A DNA stretch of 64,000 bases from the NCBI RefSeq assembly GCF_009914755.1, contig NC_060936.1. The stretch is one strand, 5' to 3'. The notes under the pieces are model-generated. The model was not told where the DNA came from, made no database searches, and saw only the letters and a program-made list of their open reading frames with translations. Each line of letters begins with the position of its first letter. Positions within the stretch are counted from its first letter, which is position 1. Positions 19,795-39,300 of the stretch are shown here, in pieces. The stretch is from the human T2T-CHM13v2.0 reference genome, Homo sapiens. A program made the position numbers and the translations under genes.

Positions 19795-21199
19795 TAAGGG
19801 CGCCTGACAGGTCCCGGGAATACTGCTGGCGGCTTGGGGCGTAGAAGCTTCCAGAAAGGACGCAGATGCATTTTGCGCTCCTGTGGAGAAGACCAGACCC
19901 CCGGCGTCCGAAGTTTTTTTTTTTTTTTTTTTAATTACCCAGCTCCGCGGGGGGAAAGCGCCACCTAGCAACGGTATCTAAGATCAGGGAGCAGCGGTTC
20001 CCCCTTCTGTGTGGTTCCTGCGCCGAGGATCCATCTGGGTGTTCCGGAGGGGGGAGCTGCGTGGGTGTTTCCAGCCGGGCCGGGAGGAGATCTTGCCAGC
20101 CTTCCAGTGGGGAGTTGAGGGAAGGTGGTGGGTGGTGGCGGGGCTGGGGGCTGGGGTAGGGGCTTGGTAAATGGCAGTCTAGAAAGCCGGCAGGACTGCC
20201 AACTTCTCGAGCAGTGTTTGCTGGAAGGGAAGAAAGCTGGCAGCCTAAGCCGTGGGAGGGTTCCAGTCGAGAATGGGAAGATGAAAGACTTCAGATGGAA
20301 CAGAAATAAATGCCTTTTTTGACAAACGCAGCAGTGCGTGCCTCTAGCTTGCAAGAGCGTTACTCCCCTTCATAGCTTTAAAAGGTTTTCGCACTGCGTG
20401 CAGTTAGAGTAGCTAAATCTTGTGTGACGCTCCACAAACACTTGTAAGAATTTTGCAGAGAAAGATAACCGTTGCCACCCAATGCCCCCCACAGGCATTC
20501 TACTCCCCAGTACCTCTTAGGGTGGGAGAAATGGTGAAGAGTTGTTCCTACAACTTGCTAACCTAGTGGACAGGGTAGTAGATTAGCATCATCCGGATAG
20601 ATGTGAAGAGGACGGCTGTTTGGATAATAATTAAGGATAAAATTTGGCCAGTTGACAGATTCTGTTTCCAGCAGTTTTTACAGCAACAGTGGAGTGCTTC
20701 AGTATTGTGTTCCTGTAAATTTAATTTTGATCCGCAATCATTTGGTATACAATGCTGTTTGAAGTTTTGTCCTATTGGAAAAGTCTTGTGTTGCAGGGGT
20801 GCAGTTAAGATCTTTGTGATGAGGAATGGGATGGGCTAATTTTTTGCCGTTTTCTTGGAATTGGGGGCATGGCAAATACAGTAGGGTAGTTTAGTTCTCT
20901 ACACAGAACATGATAAACTACACCTGTTGATGTCACCGTCTGTCAATGAATATTATAGAAGGTATGAAGGTGTAATTACCATAATAACAAAACACCCTGT
21001 CTTTAGGGCTGACCTTTCGTCCTTTGACCTCCTCAGCCTCCATTCCCATCTTCGCTCAGACTGCAAGTATGTTTGTATTAATGTACTATGTAGGCGGCTT
21101 GGAGCTGGGGAACATTCTTTCATTCTAAGAATTTGCAGATGCTGACGTTCCTCCTTTCTGCCCCTACAGGCTCTGGCTTATCCAAGAGGCAAACACTGA

Positions 21200-21382
<183 letters not shown>

Positions 21383-21644
21383 AAGCATGGACTGTGCCAC
21401 ACACCCAGTGATCCATCCAAAAACAAGGACTGCAGCCTAAATTCCAAATACCAGAGACTGAAATTTTCAGCCTTGCTAAGGGAACATCTCGATGTTTGAA
21501 CCTTTGTTGTGTTTTGTACAGGGCATTCTCTGTACTAGTTTGTCGTGGTTATAAAACAATTAGCAGAATAGCCTACATTTGTATTTATTTTCTATTCCAT
21601 ACTTCTGCCCACGTTGTTTTCTCTCAAAATCCATTCCTTTAAAA

Positions 21645-21650
21645 AATAAA
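21645..21650 (+). terminator. DYNLL1: DYNLL1 polyadenylation signal AATAAA
   Basis: AATAAA ~260 nt after the stop, followed by a GT-rich downstream element. Confidence 0.85.
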
Positions 21651-22647
21651 TCTGATGCAGATGTGTATGTGTGTGAATTACAATTTGTTCAAATAACAGC
21701 GTTGAAGACGGTCACTTGATCAGATGCCCAGGTTGGTGGGGATGAGTCCATCCTTACAGAAGTTAAGTTTCTGTGGGGTATTTCAGTACTCTTTAGTCAC
21801 ATTCTCTCACCCATCCTGCAACTGTTGTGCATGTTGAGAAATGCAGTGCATGATAAAGAAACATTTAAATTAAATCTTTAGTCCTAATCTGAAAAAAATC
21901 AATGTTTAAGGATATTTGTTAAGACATTGCTATAGAATGTTCTGGGCCTTTGGCCTCAGGTTGTGGTGATGGATGTGTATGTAGTAGTACTTGAAGCTTT
22001 CTATGGCTATAAAATGGAAATAAGCTCAAAACAAAGTTGGGATAATGAAATGGATTCCAGGACCCTTGTCTAGCCCCCTCCCCTGCCTAGAAAGAAGGTG
22101 GCCTTAGGGGAAAGTAAATGTTTCTGAGCAGCAGTTTTCATGCTCTTCTAATAATGTAAATTCCTGCAAAGACTTTATCAGCCTGCTGTGCTGTGCTTTG
22201 CTGTGGTCAGGAACAAGTGTGAATTGATACCTTTTCCTGAAAAGACCCAATTAAAGCTGGGGACAAGTAGCTATCAGAGGTTTCCTGCTATCAATTTTAA
22301 GAGGACTGCAGTCGTAGAAAAGCAAATATGGCAGACTTGTAGGTGGAAAGGAAATAAGACAGGCTGGAACAACCCACACCCATCTTGGGAAACTGCAAGA
22401 AGGGTCCTGACTTGTAGTTAGCCTATGTTTTCCCATGGATCTCTAAGATGCCATAGGGATTTCTAAGCAGCTAGGTGACTGCTACACAGAAGAGGGCGAT
22501 AGATTGGAATTGATGGGTGATAACTCCCATTGTAAGAGTAGAATTAGGTCAGTAACATATTTGGAAGTTTATTTTTCTTCAGAATGTGTGGTTTTAAGAA
22601 TCCTAGCAAAGTTGTGCTACTTTAGGATTGGAAGGGTTTCAGGGTAG

Positions 22648-22956
<309 letters not shown>

Positions 22957-24179
22957 TGACTATTGTGCCAGTTTTTTCCCTGCTGTCTGCAAAAAAGGAT
23001 GAGGTACTGTGGAATAAACAGGAGACTGCAACTGGGGTAATTTTATGTTTGTATTTATATAAACAGACCGAAAATGTTCCTTTTTTCTAACTTTCATTTT
23101 TTTTGAGACTCCTATTGCCCAGGCTGGAGTGCAGTGGTGTGATCATAGCCCACTGCAACTTCGACCTCCTGGGCCCAAGTGATCCTGCCACCTCAGCCTC
23201 CAAAGTAACTGGGACCATAAGTACATGCCACCATGCCTAGCTAACTTTTGAATTTTTTGTAGAGCTGGAGTCTCCCTGTGTTGCCCAGGCTGGTCTTGAA
23301 TTCCTGGGCTCAAGCAATCCTCCCAAGGTGTAGGGATTACAGGTACGAGCCACCACACCCGGTTTAATTCATATTTTTTCTTTTTTTTTTTTTTTTGAGA
23401 CGGAGTCTCACTGTCGCCCAGGCTGGAGTACAGTGGCGCGATCTCGGCTCACTGAAAGCTCCGCCTCCCAGGTTCACACCATTCTCCTTCCTCAGCCTCC
23501 CGAGTAGCTGGGACTACAGGCACCCACCACCACGCAAGGCTAATTTTTTTTGTACTTTTAGTAGAGACGGTTTCACCATGTTAGCCAGGATGGTCTCGAT
23601 CTCCTGACCTCGTGATCTGCCCACCTCGGCCTCCCAAAGTGCTGGGATTACAGGTGTGAGCCACCGAACCTGGCCTAACTCATATTTTTTCTATCCCTTT
23701 TCCCTCTTTAGTGACCTGGCTATATTTCTATTTGAAGCCCACAGGGAATTTGGCCTCCAAAGCTTTAGTTTGTCCAGTTAAGCCCTACTCAGAACGGATG
23801 ATCTGTCTCTAGCTACAGACCCAAAAGCTGATTCAAGACTGATAGCTAGACACTGGGAGTTTTAGTTGAATATGATCTGTCCCATATTTACTGTCAAGTT
23901 GGCAGCTTTTTTGTTTTTTTATTCAGATGTGAGAAAACCATGTTGCTATGGAGATAAGACTGGGTTGATGGTTTATGAAGCTCCTTCCAGTGCCTGTTCC
24001 TTCCTGTTAATTTCAAAAGCCAATAGGCTCCAGCTGGCTGAAAAGAAAATGTAAGCTAAGTTTTTCTAAGCATTTATCAAATGCTCTTAGCTGCTGTTCT
24101 TTGAGAGAGTTGTATATAGCTAGCTCTATCTAGAAGCTTTTTAGTGACAGGGCAAGATCTTGTAAGTGAAGGCACGTAA

Positions 24180-24461
<282 letters not shown>

Positions 24462-24645
24462 TAGAGATGGGATTTTGCCATGTTGCCCAGGCTGGTCTCG
24501 AACTCCTGGATTCAAGCAATCTGCCCTCTTTGGCCTCCCAAAGTGCTCGGATTACAGGCATAGGCCACTGTGCCGGACCAATTTCTGCAGTTTCTTAGCA
24601 AGGCCTCTTTAAAACCTTATGATTCATCCACACTCAAAATATTTA

Positions 24646-25092
<447 letters not shown>

Positions 25093-25302
25093 CTATGGCG
25101 TATGCCTGTAGACCCAGCTATTTAAGAGGCTGAGGTGGGAGGGCTGCTTGAGCCCAGGAGTTTAGGCTGTAGTGGGCTATGATCAGGTCACTGCACTCCA
25201 GCTTGAGTGACAGAGCGAGACCCTGTCTCTTAAAAAAATTTATGGCCTCATTTTAACATCAAACAGTGGACTGTATTCAGGGAGAAGTTTAGAAAATGAC
25301 AA

Positions 25303-25682
<380 letters not shown>

Positions 25683-26218
25683 TTAGCTTACATCATTTTC
25701 AAACTTTTTTTTTTTTGCTATAAAACAAGTGTACTCTTACAAAAAAGCTCCCTATATAAGACATGAAAGCAGGATTTTGCTGGTACATTTATTTTCCAAC
25801 AAGGACTTAGTGAAAAGGTTTCTTTCTTTTTTTTTTTTTTTGAGACAGAGTCTCTCTCTATCACCCAGGATGGAGTGCAGTGGCACGATCTCGGCTCACT
25901 GCAATCTCTACCTCCTGGGTTCAAGTGATTCACCTGCCTCAGCCTCCTGAGTAGCTGGGATTACAGGAGCACACCATCATGCCCAGCTAATTTTTTGTAT
26001 TTTTAGTGGAGACAGGATTTCACCATGCTGGCCAGGCTGGTCTCAAACTCCTGACCTCGTGATCCACCTGCCTCGGCCTACGTAAGTGCTGGGATTACAG
26101 GCGTGAGCCACTGCACCCAACCTACATAGTAGCTTTTTATGGAAGAGGACTGAAAGAATGATGAAAAATATATTTTCTGGCCAGGCGCGGCCAACATGGT
26201 AAAATCCCTTATCTACTA

Positions 26219-26472
<254 letters not shown>

Positions 26473-26955
26473 GGTTCAGCACACAATTCTCATGATCATT
26501 AATACTCTGACTTGGGCCTAGACTTCGTCCTAGGCTGAAAGGTTGATTCAGGTACAATTAAATTTTCTGGTTAAAAATTGTCATTGGGTTCAAATGATCT
26601 ATCATCCCTCTAGAAGGCAGCACCAGCAGAGAAGCTATAAATACACTCACTTCAAAACTGAGCTTTAGGGGTGGTTGTACCTTAACCACACACCCTACAG
26701 CCAAGAGAAATTAGCAGTTGAGCAAAGATACAGACCAAATGCCTCTGGGAGATGGACTGAAGCAGCTCCAAAGAAAGCTGTAAAAAAGTGACAAGAATTT
26801 GTTCTTCCACTTTGAGACTGTTCGATTCAAACATGAGTCCAAGGCACGTATCCTTAAGAGGAGATGCTCTGCTGCTGTCTCATTTGCCAGATTATCCTTC
26901 AGTTCCAGGCTTTCAACAGGATATGACTGGTTCATGCTCCATGATAGGAAAGGAA

Positions 26956-27057
26956 TTAAAGTTTGAAGCCAGAATGAATGGCCACAATGCCTGATGTTAG
27001 ACTTTCGTAAGTCACCTTGTGAAAGCCTGCATCTTCTATCATGTCCTTGAACTCTTC
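26956..27057 (-). CDS. COQ5: COQ5 exon 7 ([12 protein letters not shown]...HSGFKL*)
   Basis: TTTCAG| acceptor, 102 nt ending in TAA; completes the 984-nt CDS. Confidence 0.97.
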   Translation of the reverse strand, partial: EEFKDMIEDAGFHKVTYESLTSGIVAIHSGFKL

Positions 27058-27138
27058 CTGAAACACAAGGAAAGATGATAAAGCCAGGGTAGCCTGGATA
27101 TCACTGTAGGGCCTTTGTTTAAAGCTATAGAAGTTTCA

Positions 27139-27297
<159 letters not shown>

Positions 27298-27615
27298 TCA
27301 CTTCTTCCCTAGATAAGAAGAAAGAAGGACTAAACCTGGGGTCACAAACTCAAATGCCTATAGGGATCAAGCAAGAACCTGAATTAAGTGGGTCAGGTAC
27401 AAGACCAGTAGAAGTGCTGACAGGTACAGTTAGGAAGTATTATGAAGTGGAGAAGGGACAGTTACTACTCAGACCTCCCTGTGGCATGTGGGGAGATAGG
27501 CCTACCCAGGGCTGCCATGTATCTGATTTCTCAAGTGAAGCTGGAAATTCAGATTTTTATGGAAAATTTCCTGATTTAAATTTTTTTTTTTTTTTTTTTT
27601 TTTTTTTAGAGATAG

Positions 27616-27835
<220 letters not shown>

Positions 27836-28070
27836 ATTTCCTGATTTTTAAATAGGGGCTTCTAAGTCAATTTCTTAATATACATATGTAAGCCAACTTG
27901 GGTCTGGTTTGAGACTCTTGTGGCCTAGGTATTGTCATTCAGAACTGGCTGACCTCTGGTACTCTGAACTACAAAGTTCATGCTTATAGCTTACTGGCTA
28001 TTTTCAATCCATTTCGGGGTGGGAAACCTTGGCTATACAATGAAGATAAAGCCCTATTAACAATGCCAAC

Positions 28071-28159
28071 CTGGATATGAGGGGATTGTTCACTTGGCTA
28101 AATTCCAGACAGAGAAACCGTCCTCCTGGTTTCAGCACCCGATGAGCTTCCTGGAGTGC
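28071..28159 (-). CDS. COQ5: COQ5 exon 5 ([29 protein letters not shown])
   Basis: CTCAG| ... CAG|GTTGG, 89 nt; methyltransferase motif III VLKPGG. Confidence 0.97.
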
Positions 28160-28429
28160 CTGAGCAAGACAAGGAACAACAGGACACACTCCTCAGTAGA
28201 CCTCACTCAATTCCATGAGGCCAAGACAGCTTTAGCTTCTGCAGGCATTAAAAAAGTTATCATGGCCCACAAACCTCTTGTTTGTTCTCACTTGGGAAGC
28301 TGTAACAGCAGCAATAACCCTACGTATCCCAAATGCTATAGGCATTCTGCTGCCGGTGACTAGACAAAGTTAGCTGGGGTAATCTAAACTGACTACAGAT
28401 TGGTACAATTGCATGAAGGGTAAGTTTAG

Positions 28430-28687
<258 letters not shown>

Positions 28688-29050
28688 TGAGTAGCTGAAC
28701 TACAGGTGCCTGCCACCACGCCCCGCTAATTTTTTGTTTGTTTGTTTTTGAGGTGGAATTTTGCTCTTGTTGCCCAGGCTGGAGTGCAATGGCATGATCT
28801 CGGCTCACCACAAACTCCGCCTCTCAGGTTGAAGCGATTTTCCTGCCTCAGCCTCCCGAGTAGCTAGGATTACAGGCACGTACCACCACACCCGGCTAAT
28901 TTTGTATTTTTAGTAGAGACGGGGTTTCTCCACATTGGTCAGGCTTGTCTCGAACTCCCAATATCAGGTGGTCTGCCAGCCTCGGCCTCCCAAAGTGCTG
29001 GGATTACAGGTGTGAGCCACCGCACCCAGCCTATTTGTTTGTTTTTTTGA

Positions 29051-29209
<159 letters not shown>

Positions 29210-29339
29210 TAGTAGAAAAAGGGTTTCACCATGTTGGCCAGGCCAGTCTTGAACTCCTGGCCTGAAGTGATCCACTCGTCTCGGCCTCACAAGGTGCTAG
29301 GATTACAGGTGTGAGCCACCATGCCTGGCCGGTTATTCA

Positions 29340-30247
<908 letters not shown>

Positions 30248-30446
30248 TGATCTGCCCGCCTCGGCCTCCCGAAGTGCTGGGATTACAGGCGTGAGCTACT
30301 GTGCCCAGCACATTCTATTTTATGAAATGAAGTCATTTTAAAATTTGCTGTTCAAACAGTTGTCAAAAGACAAGTGTTTGAATAGCACAAGATTAGAAGC
30401 ATCTTTAACGATTAATAAGAGACTAAATTATGAAATATAAATATAA

Positions 30447-30689
<243 letters not shown>

Positions 30690-30772
30690 TGACCTCATGA
30701 TCCACCCGCCTCGGCCTCCCAAAGTGCTGGGATTACAGGTGTGAGCCACCACGCCCGGCCTCTATTCAACTA

Positions 30773-30976
<204 letters not shown>

Positions 30977-31089
30977 TCACTTGAACCCAGGAGGCGGAGG
31001 TTTCAGTGAGCCCAGATCTCTCCACTGCACTCTAGCCTGGGTGACAGAGTGAGACTCTGTCTCAAAAAATAATAATAATAATAAAATAA

Positions 31090-31407
<318 letters not shown>

Positions 31408-31623
31408 TGATCTGCCCACCTCGGCCTCCTAAAGAGTTGGGAGGCCAGCCTGGAGGCCTCCAAAGAGTTCAAGACCAGCTGAGGTTGAACTCTCAACTGG
31501 CTGCAGTGAGCTGAGATCACGTTACTGTACTCCAGCCTGGGTGACAGAGTGAGAGTCCGTCTCCAAACAAAAAAAAAGGAAAAAGAAAGAAAATAGTATA
31601 TACACCTTGGCACAAAACATCAC

Positions 31624-31763
31624 AAACACTTGTCTAAGGTTAGTCAGTAAACAAATGATCGAATCCATGCAAAAATTACAAATAAGGATGTCACAAAGTT
31701 GTGCTACATGCAAAACATAGGAAAAAAAAGAAATATCAATTGGTTATTAGTTATGTGAATCAT
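31624..31763 (+). repeat. ~140-bp direct repeat, copy 1 (copy 2 at 34925-35065)
   Basis: Shared core GAATCCATGCAAAAATTACAAATAAG.ATGTCACAAAGTTGTGCTACATGCAAAACAT. Confidence 0.9.
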
Positions 31764-31939
31764 AACCAATTCACAAAACATCTTGACAAAGATACACAAG
31801 AAGCTGGTGACTGTCTGAAGGGAGAAGCACTGAATGGGAGAGGAGGCAAGGATGGGAGGGAGATTGTCACATATAACCTTTTGTGCCTTTTGAACTTTGA
31901 ACCTATTAAAAAATTTTTTTCCCCAGGCGTGGTGGCTCA

Positions 31940-32224
<285 letters not shown>

Positions 32225-33192
32225 TCAACAAAATAATAAACTGGCTACTGACATAGGAAAGGTGATGCAAACCAAGCTGATGAACACCATAAAGAACTTA
32301 CCACTTAACCAGAGGACCCAGGCAACCAGAGACCATGTTACTGAAATGAAACTCTTTGCCTTGCACATGGTCTTCAAGTGTTTTGAACAGAATATTAAAG
32401 TAGGAATAAAGGCCAGGCATGGTGGCTCAGGCCTGTAATCCCAGCATTTTGGGAGGCTGAGGTGGGAGGATCACTTGAGCTCAGGGGTTCGAGATCAACC
32501 TGGGCAACATGGCAAAACCCCATCTCTACAAAAAATAAAGTAGGAACAAAGAAGAGCTCCATCAGATTAAGAGCTGAATGTTCCCCTTTTCCTGTAGAAA
32601 AGCCATGAATCCAGCTATCTTTTGTCAAAACAGTGTTTGAGGGCCCTTGTCTTTGTCAGCCTCTGACATGTCTCTGATTTTCTGCAAATTCACAGGGTCA
32701 GGCAGCTTCACAAGTATGAGGAAATACACAAAAGGCCAGAGCAAGACAAATCCCAAAGATGTGAATACCAATCCAAGTAAGACAGACTTCTATGGAGATC
32801 AGCTCTGTGGTTTCAGTCTTTTTCAATTTTGTGACTAGAAAATTTGTCAACTTAAAGGATGGAGGACCCTAAACTTCAAACAGGCATTCCACTCAAGCGC
32901 CAAGCCCTTAAACATTATCTTTTTTAAGATTAAAAAAAAAATCTATCTATCTCTCTCTCTCTCTCTCTCCCTGGGTGTGGTGGTGGGTTCCTGTAAGGTT
33001 CCTGTAATCCCAGCTACTTGGGAGGCAGATGTGGAAGGACTGCTTGAGCCCAGGAGTTTGAGACTAGCCTGGGCAACATACCAAGACCCCATCTCAAAAA
33101 ACAAAACTCTCCTTCTTTCCTCACTCACTGTAGCTCTACAACAGAGGTAATTTCCTGAGAGTCATACAAGCTGAGGATGCAGCCATTCATAC

Positions 33193-33299
33193 CTGATCAA
33201 TGTGTGTGACATTCCGGATCCCAAAGGCAATGGTGTAAATATCAAACTTGTCATCATCAAAGGGCAGTTCTTCAGCATCTCCTAATACCCATGCAAGTC
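33193..33299 (-). CDS. COQ5: COQ5 exon 4 ([35 protein letters not shown])
   Basis: TTTCAG| ... CAG|GTATG, 107 nt; motif II and the UbiE signature FGIRN. Confidence 0.97.
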
Positions 33300-33652
33300 C
33301 TGAAAGAGAAAGTGAGTTCCAGGTCTCAGTGTGGGTAGCTGTTTTTCCTGCCCCCAGTGAATTCATTTCATGTAGAGCATTGAGCTGGAGAGCCCAAGTC
33401 CTGGGTGGTTAGGCTGCCTGGATTCTAATCCCAGCTTCACCATATTCCTTATATATACATATTTTTCCTTTTATATTTTTAATCAATCATTATTATTTTT
33501 TTTAGACATGGGGAGGTCTTGCTTTCTCACCCAGGCTGGAGTACAGTGGCACACAGCTCACTGCATCCTCAAACTCCTGGACTCAAAGGATCCTCCTGCC
33601 TTAGTATCCCCAGTAGTTGGGACTATAGGCACACACCACCCTGCCCAGCTAG

Positions 33653-33799
<147 letters not shown>

Positions 33800-34227
33800 T
33801 GAATAAACTACTTTGTCTGTTTCCTCATCTGTAAAATGGAGTTAAAAACTAGTGCCTACTCTATAGGGTTACTAAAAGTATTAACTGAGTTACTCTAAGT
33901 ACAGAATTTAGCAGAGTTTTACTGGTTTTATTGGAATCATAGAGCATCAGCGTGTCTAGGTCTGAGATTCAGAGATCACCAGAGGCCCCTATCAGGGTGG
34001 CTGTGTCCTCCAAGGATCTTGATTAGACTTTAACATTATACAACCTACAGCGAATTAGATGTAAAATACAAAAAGAAGACTGTATAGAGGAAGGTAAATG
34101 AAAATAACCTTTCTGGAAAGCAAATTAACAGTATCTAACAAGGGCCTTAAAAATAAGTACACCTGGCCAGGTGTGGTGGCTCACGCCTGAAATCCCAGCA
34201 TTTTGGGAAGCTGAGGGAGGCAGATCA

Positions 34228-34503
<276 letters not shown>

Positions 34504-34924
34504 TCATCATCACAGCTACTGCTTAGAGGGCCCTTATCAAGTGGCAGGGTCTGTGTTATTTTATGTACATCTTTAGATAGATTATCTTAGTATATCCTCA
34601 TACCAACTCTGTGAGAGAGTTACTACCATTATCCTCATGTTTCAGGTCAGCAAAGTGAACATCAGAAAGGTTTAAAGTCTGAGCTGAGCACGGTGGCATG
34701 CACCTGTAATCCCAGAGACTCAGGAGGCTGAGGTGGGAGGAGAGCTTGAGCCCAGGAGTTCAAGACCAGCCTGGGTAACACAGCAAGACCATATCTCGAA
34801 AAAATAAAAAGCAAAAAGAGAAAGGTTGCTTGCCCAAGGTCACACAGATGGACTGGAACCCAGAGCCTATGTTTTCAACAGCTATGGCATATCACCTCCT
34901 AGTACGAAGTAGTTATTAGAGTTT

Positions 34925-35065
34925 AAACACTTGACTAAGGTTATACAGTCAGTAAACGAATGAATCCATGCAAAAATTACAAATAAGAATGTCACAAAGT
35001 TGTGCTACATGCAAAACATTGGGGAAAAAAAGAATTCTCAATTGGTTATTGGTTATATGAATCAT
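34925..35065 (+). repeat. ~140-bp direct repeat, copy 2
   Basis: See copy 1 at 31624-31763. Confidence 0.9.
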
Positions 35066-35281
35066 GAAACATCCATATGGAAGAATAGCATAAAAAATAA
35101 TGATTTTGGCCGGGTGTGGTGGCTCACGCCTGTAATCCCAGCACTTTGGGAGGCCGAGGCGGGCAGATCATGAGGTCAGGAGATCAAGACCATCCGGGCT
35201 AACACGGTGAAACCCCATCTCTACTAAAAATACAAAAATTAGCCAGACGTGGTGGTGGGTGCCTGTAGTTCCAGCTAATCA

Positions 35282-35437
<156 letters not shown>

Positions 35438-36462
35438 CTAATGACTTGGAGAAATCTTTTGATACCATAGTAAATTAAAGCAGGATTACTAAATTGTAGG
35501 ACGGGCGCGGTGGCTCATGCCTGTAACCCCAGCACTTTGGAAGGCTGAGGCAGGTGGATCACGAGGTCAAGAGTTCGAGACCAGCCTGGCCAAGATGGTG
35601 AAACCCCCTCTCTACTAAAAATACAAAAATTAGCTGGGCTTGGTGGAGGGTGCCTGTAATCCCAGCTACTTGGGAGGCTGAGGCAGGGGAATCGCTTGAA
35701 CCGGGAGGCGGAGGTTGCAGTGAGCTGAGATCGTACCACTGCACTCCAGCCTGGGTGACAAAGCAGGACTCTGTCTCAAAAATAAATACATAAATAAACA
35801 AACAAATAAATAAATAAATTGTATATATAGGATGTTCTCAACTTTATAAAAAGGGAATAATTAGGAAAAAGGAAGGAAACATTACCATATTGAGGGGCAA
35901 CTGTGAATGTTGGAATTATGGTTAACATTTACTTTCTTCTTAATACTTTTCCAGGCCAGGTGCGATAGCCCACACCTGCAATCCCAGCACTTTGGGAGGC
36001 TGAAGAGGGCAGACCACTTGAGGCCAAGAGTTTGAGAGTAGCCTGGCCAACATGGCAAAACCCTATCTCTAATAAAAATACAAAAATTAGCCAGGCATGG
36101 TGGCATACACCTATAATCCTAGCTACTCACCTGCCTGATTTTTTTTTTTGTATTTTTAGTAGAGACAGGGTTTCGCCATGTTGGCCAGGCTATTCTCGAA
36201 CTCCTGACCTGAGGTGATCCACCTGCCTCGGCCTCCCAAAGTGCTGGGATTACAGGTGTGAGCCACAGCACCCAGCCAAATATGTATATATTTTAAAGCT
36301 CCTGCCCCTAAGATCTTCCATTTGGGAAGGAAAGTGCTACATAAAAAATATAAATAAAACACATAACCATGCTATACATTAAAAAAAAAAGTAGTTAAGG
36401 GCCAGGTGCAGTGGCTCACACCTGTAATCCCAGCACTTTGGGAGGCCGAGGCGGGCGGATCA

Positions 36463-36699
<237 letters not shown>

Positions 36700-37479
36700 T
36701 TAAGTTACACATTAACTTTTTTTTTTTTTTTGAGACAGAGCCTTGCTCTGTCACCCAGTCTGTAGTGTAGTGGTGCGACGTCCACCTCCTGGGTTCAAGA
36801 GATTCTCGTGCCTCAGCCTCCTGAGTAGCTGGGATTACAGGCGCGCACCACCACGCCTGGCTAATTTTTGTATTTTTAGTAGAGACAGGGTTTCACCATG
36901 TTGACCAGGCTGGTCTCAAACTTTTGACCTCAGGTGATCTGCCTGCCTCAGCCTCCCAAAGTGCTGGGATTACAGGTATAAGCTACTGCGCCCGACCACA
37001 CATTAACTTTTATATTTATTAAATAATTTCTAGGGTCCTCCTACTTAGTTTCTACTTTTCATGATGTTTTTGCAAAGGTATGATTATTGGAGATTGATAA
37101 AACAAGGAGGAAAGATAAATCTGTACTATGGGGCACTTAATAATTCCTACACAGATGCATTTGTCTTGGTGCTTAGGAGAGCTCGACGGGCAGGCTATGC
37201 AATGGAAGAGATGATTCCAGAAATGGAACACTGCTTATCATTTCAATATCTTTGTTTTCCGTTCTTTATGGCTGAGTACCAGAGAGAAGGGAAACATGTT
37301 TGTCAGTAGGAGTAAGGAAACATAGTGCCTTTGTCTAAAAACACTAGCGACTGTCCGCCTTCTGACCAGTATTGATGGTTAACAAAGGAGCCCTTCAGCT
37401 TGGGGGCCAAGTGGGCTGCAGCTCGTCTAGGCAGCTCCTTCTGGGGGTGGGAGGAGGAAGAGGAGGAAGATTTGAGCTA

Positions 37480-38098
<619 letters not shown>

Positions 38099-38240
38099 TA
38101 GCTGGGATTACAGGCATGTGTCACCACACCCAGCTAATTTTGTATTTTTAGTAGAGACAGGGTTTCTCCATATTGGTCAGGCTGGTCTCGAACTCCAGAC
38201 CTCAGGGGATCCACCCCCCCTCGGCCTCCCAAAGTGCTGA

Positions 38241-38438
<198 letters not shown>

Positions 38439-38699
38439 TAAATTTTTTGTAGAGACAGAGTCTCACTATGTTGCCTAGGCTGGTCTTGAACTCCTGGCTT
38501 CAAGCGATCCTTCACCCTCAGCGTTCCAAAGTGCTGGGATTACAGGCATGAGCCACCTCGCTGCCACAATTTACATTTTTAAGCTAGCACACAAATCATC
38601 CATTTTGAGCTTGCAGTAATCTCACAGAGATAGGCATGCAGTCATCTGCCTATCTGCTGTTCGTATTTACCACAGTGGGGAAGTGTGAGGAGTACTGTT

Positions 38700-39300
38700 C
38701 ACGAGTGTTTCTTTGAGTGTATCAGATGGGTCCTCTGAGAAACATGCTGAGATGGACCAAGGAGTATAATAATTTTTTGTGTGTGTGGCAGGGGAAACAC
38801 AGAGTAGACAAAGGGAGAGGAAGAAAGACTGAGCAAGAAAAGCCTTTAGACCTTAATGCAGATCTGACAAAGGCTCAGCCTACCCAATAGGGACCTCCAG
38901 AACAAAGGCTGGCTGTTAAAGAGTCTTGCTTGGAAAATATCCAGGCCCTAGTAGTCCCACAGTGTTCAGCCATTGGCTACGAGCTGCCACAAAAGAGCCT
39001 GGCCTCCCTTGGAAACTGAGGCAGAGGCTGATGTGCTAATAGGTGGAGGCTGCTAGCTAACTGCACTCCTTGTGGCTGAAGGGCAAGTTATTTCTTTTTT
39101 TATTGTTTAAGTTTCTTTAGAGACAGGGTCTCGCTCTGTCACTCAGGCTGGAGTGCAGAGGTGCAATCATAGCTCACTGCAGCCTGGAACTCTTGGGCTC
39201 AAGTAATCCTCCTATTGTGGCCTCCCAAAGTTCTGAGATTATAGGTGTGAGCCATGGGCTCAGCCAGAAGTTCTTTCTTTACAGGAGATGAGAGGTCCAG
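38700..39300. mobile_element. ERVL-type LTR relic (LTR16/LTR33-like) with an Alu monomer inserted
   Basis: GCAGATCTGACAAAGGCTCAGCC...CAGCCATTGGCT resembles the recalled consensus. Confidence 0.45.
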
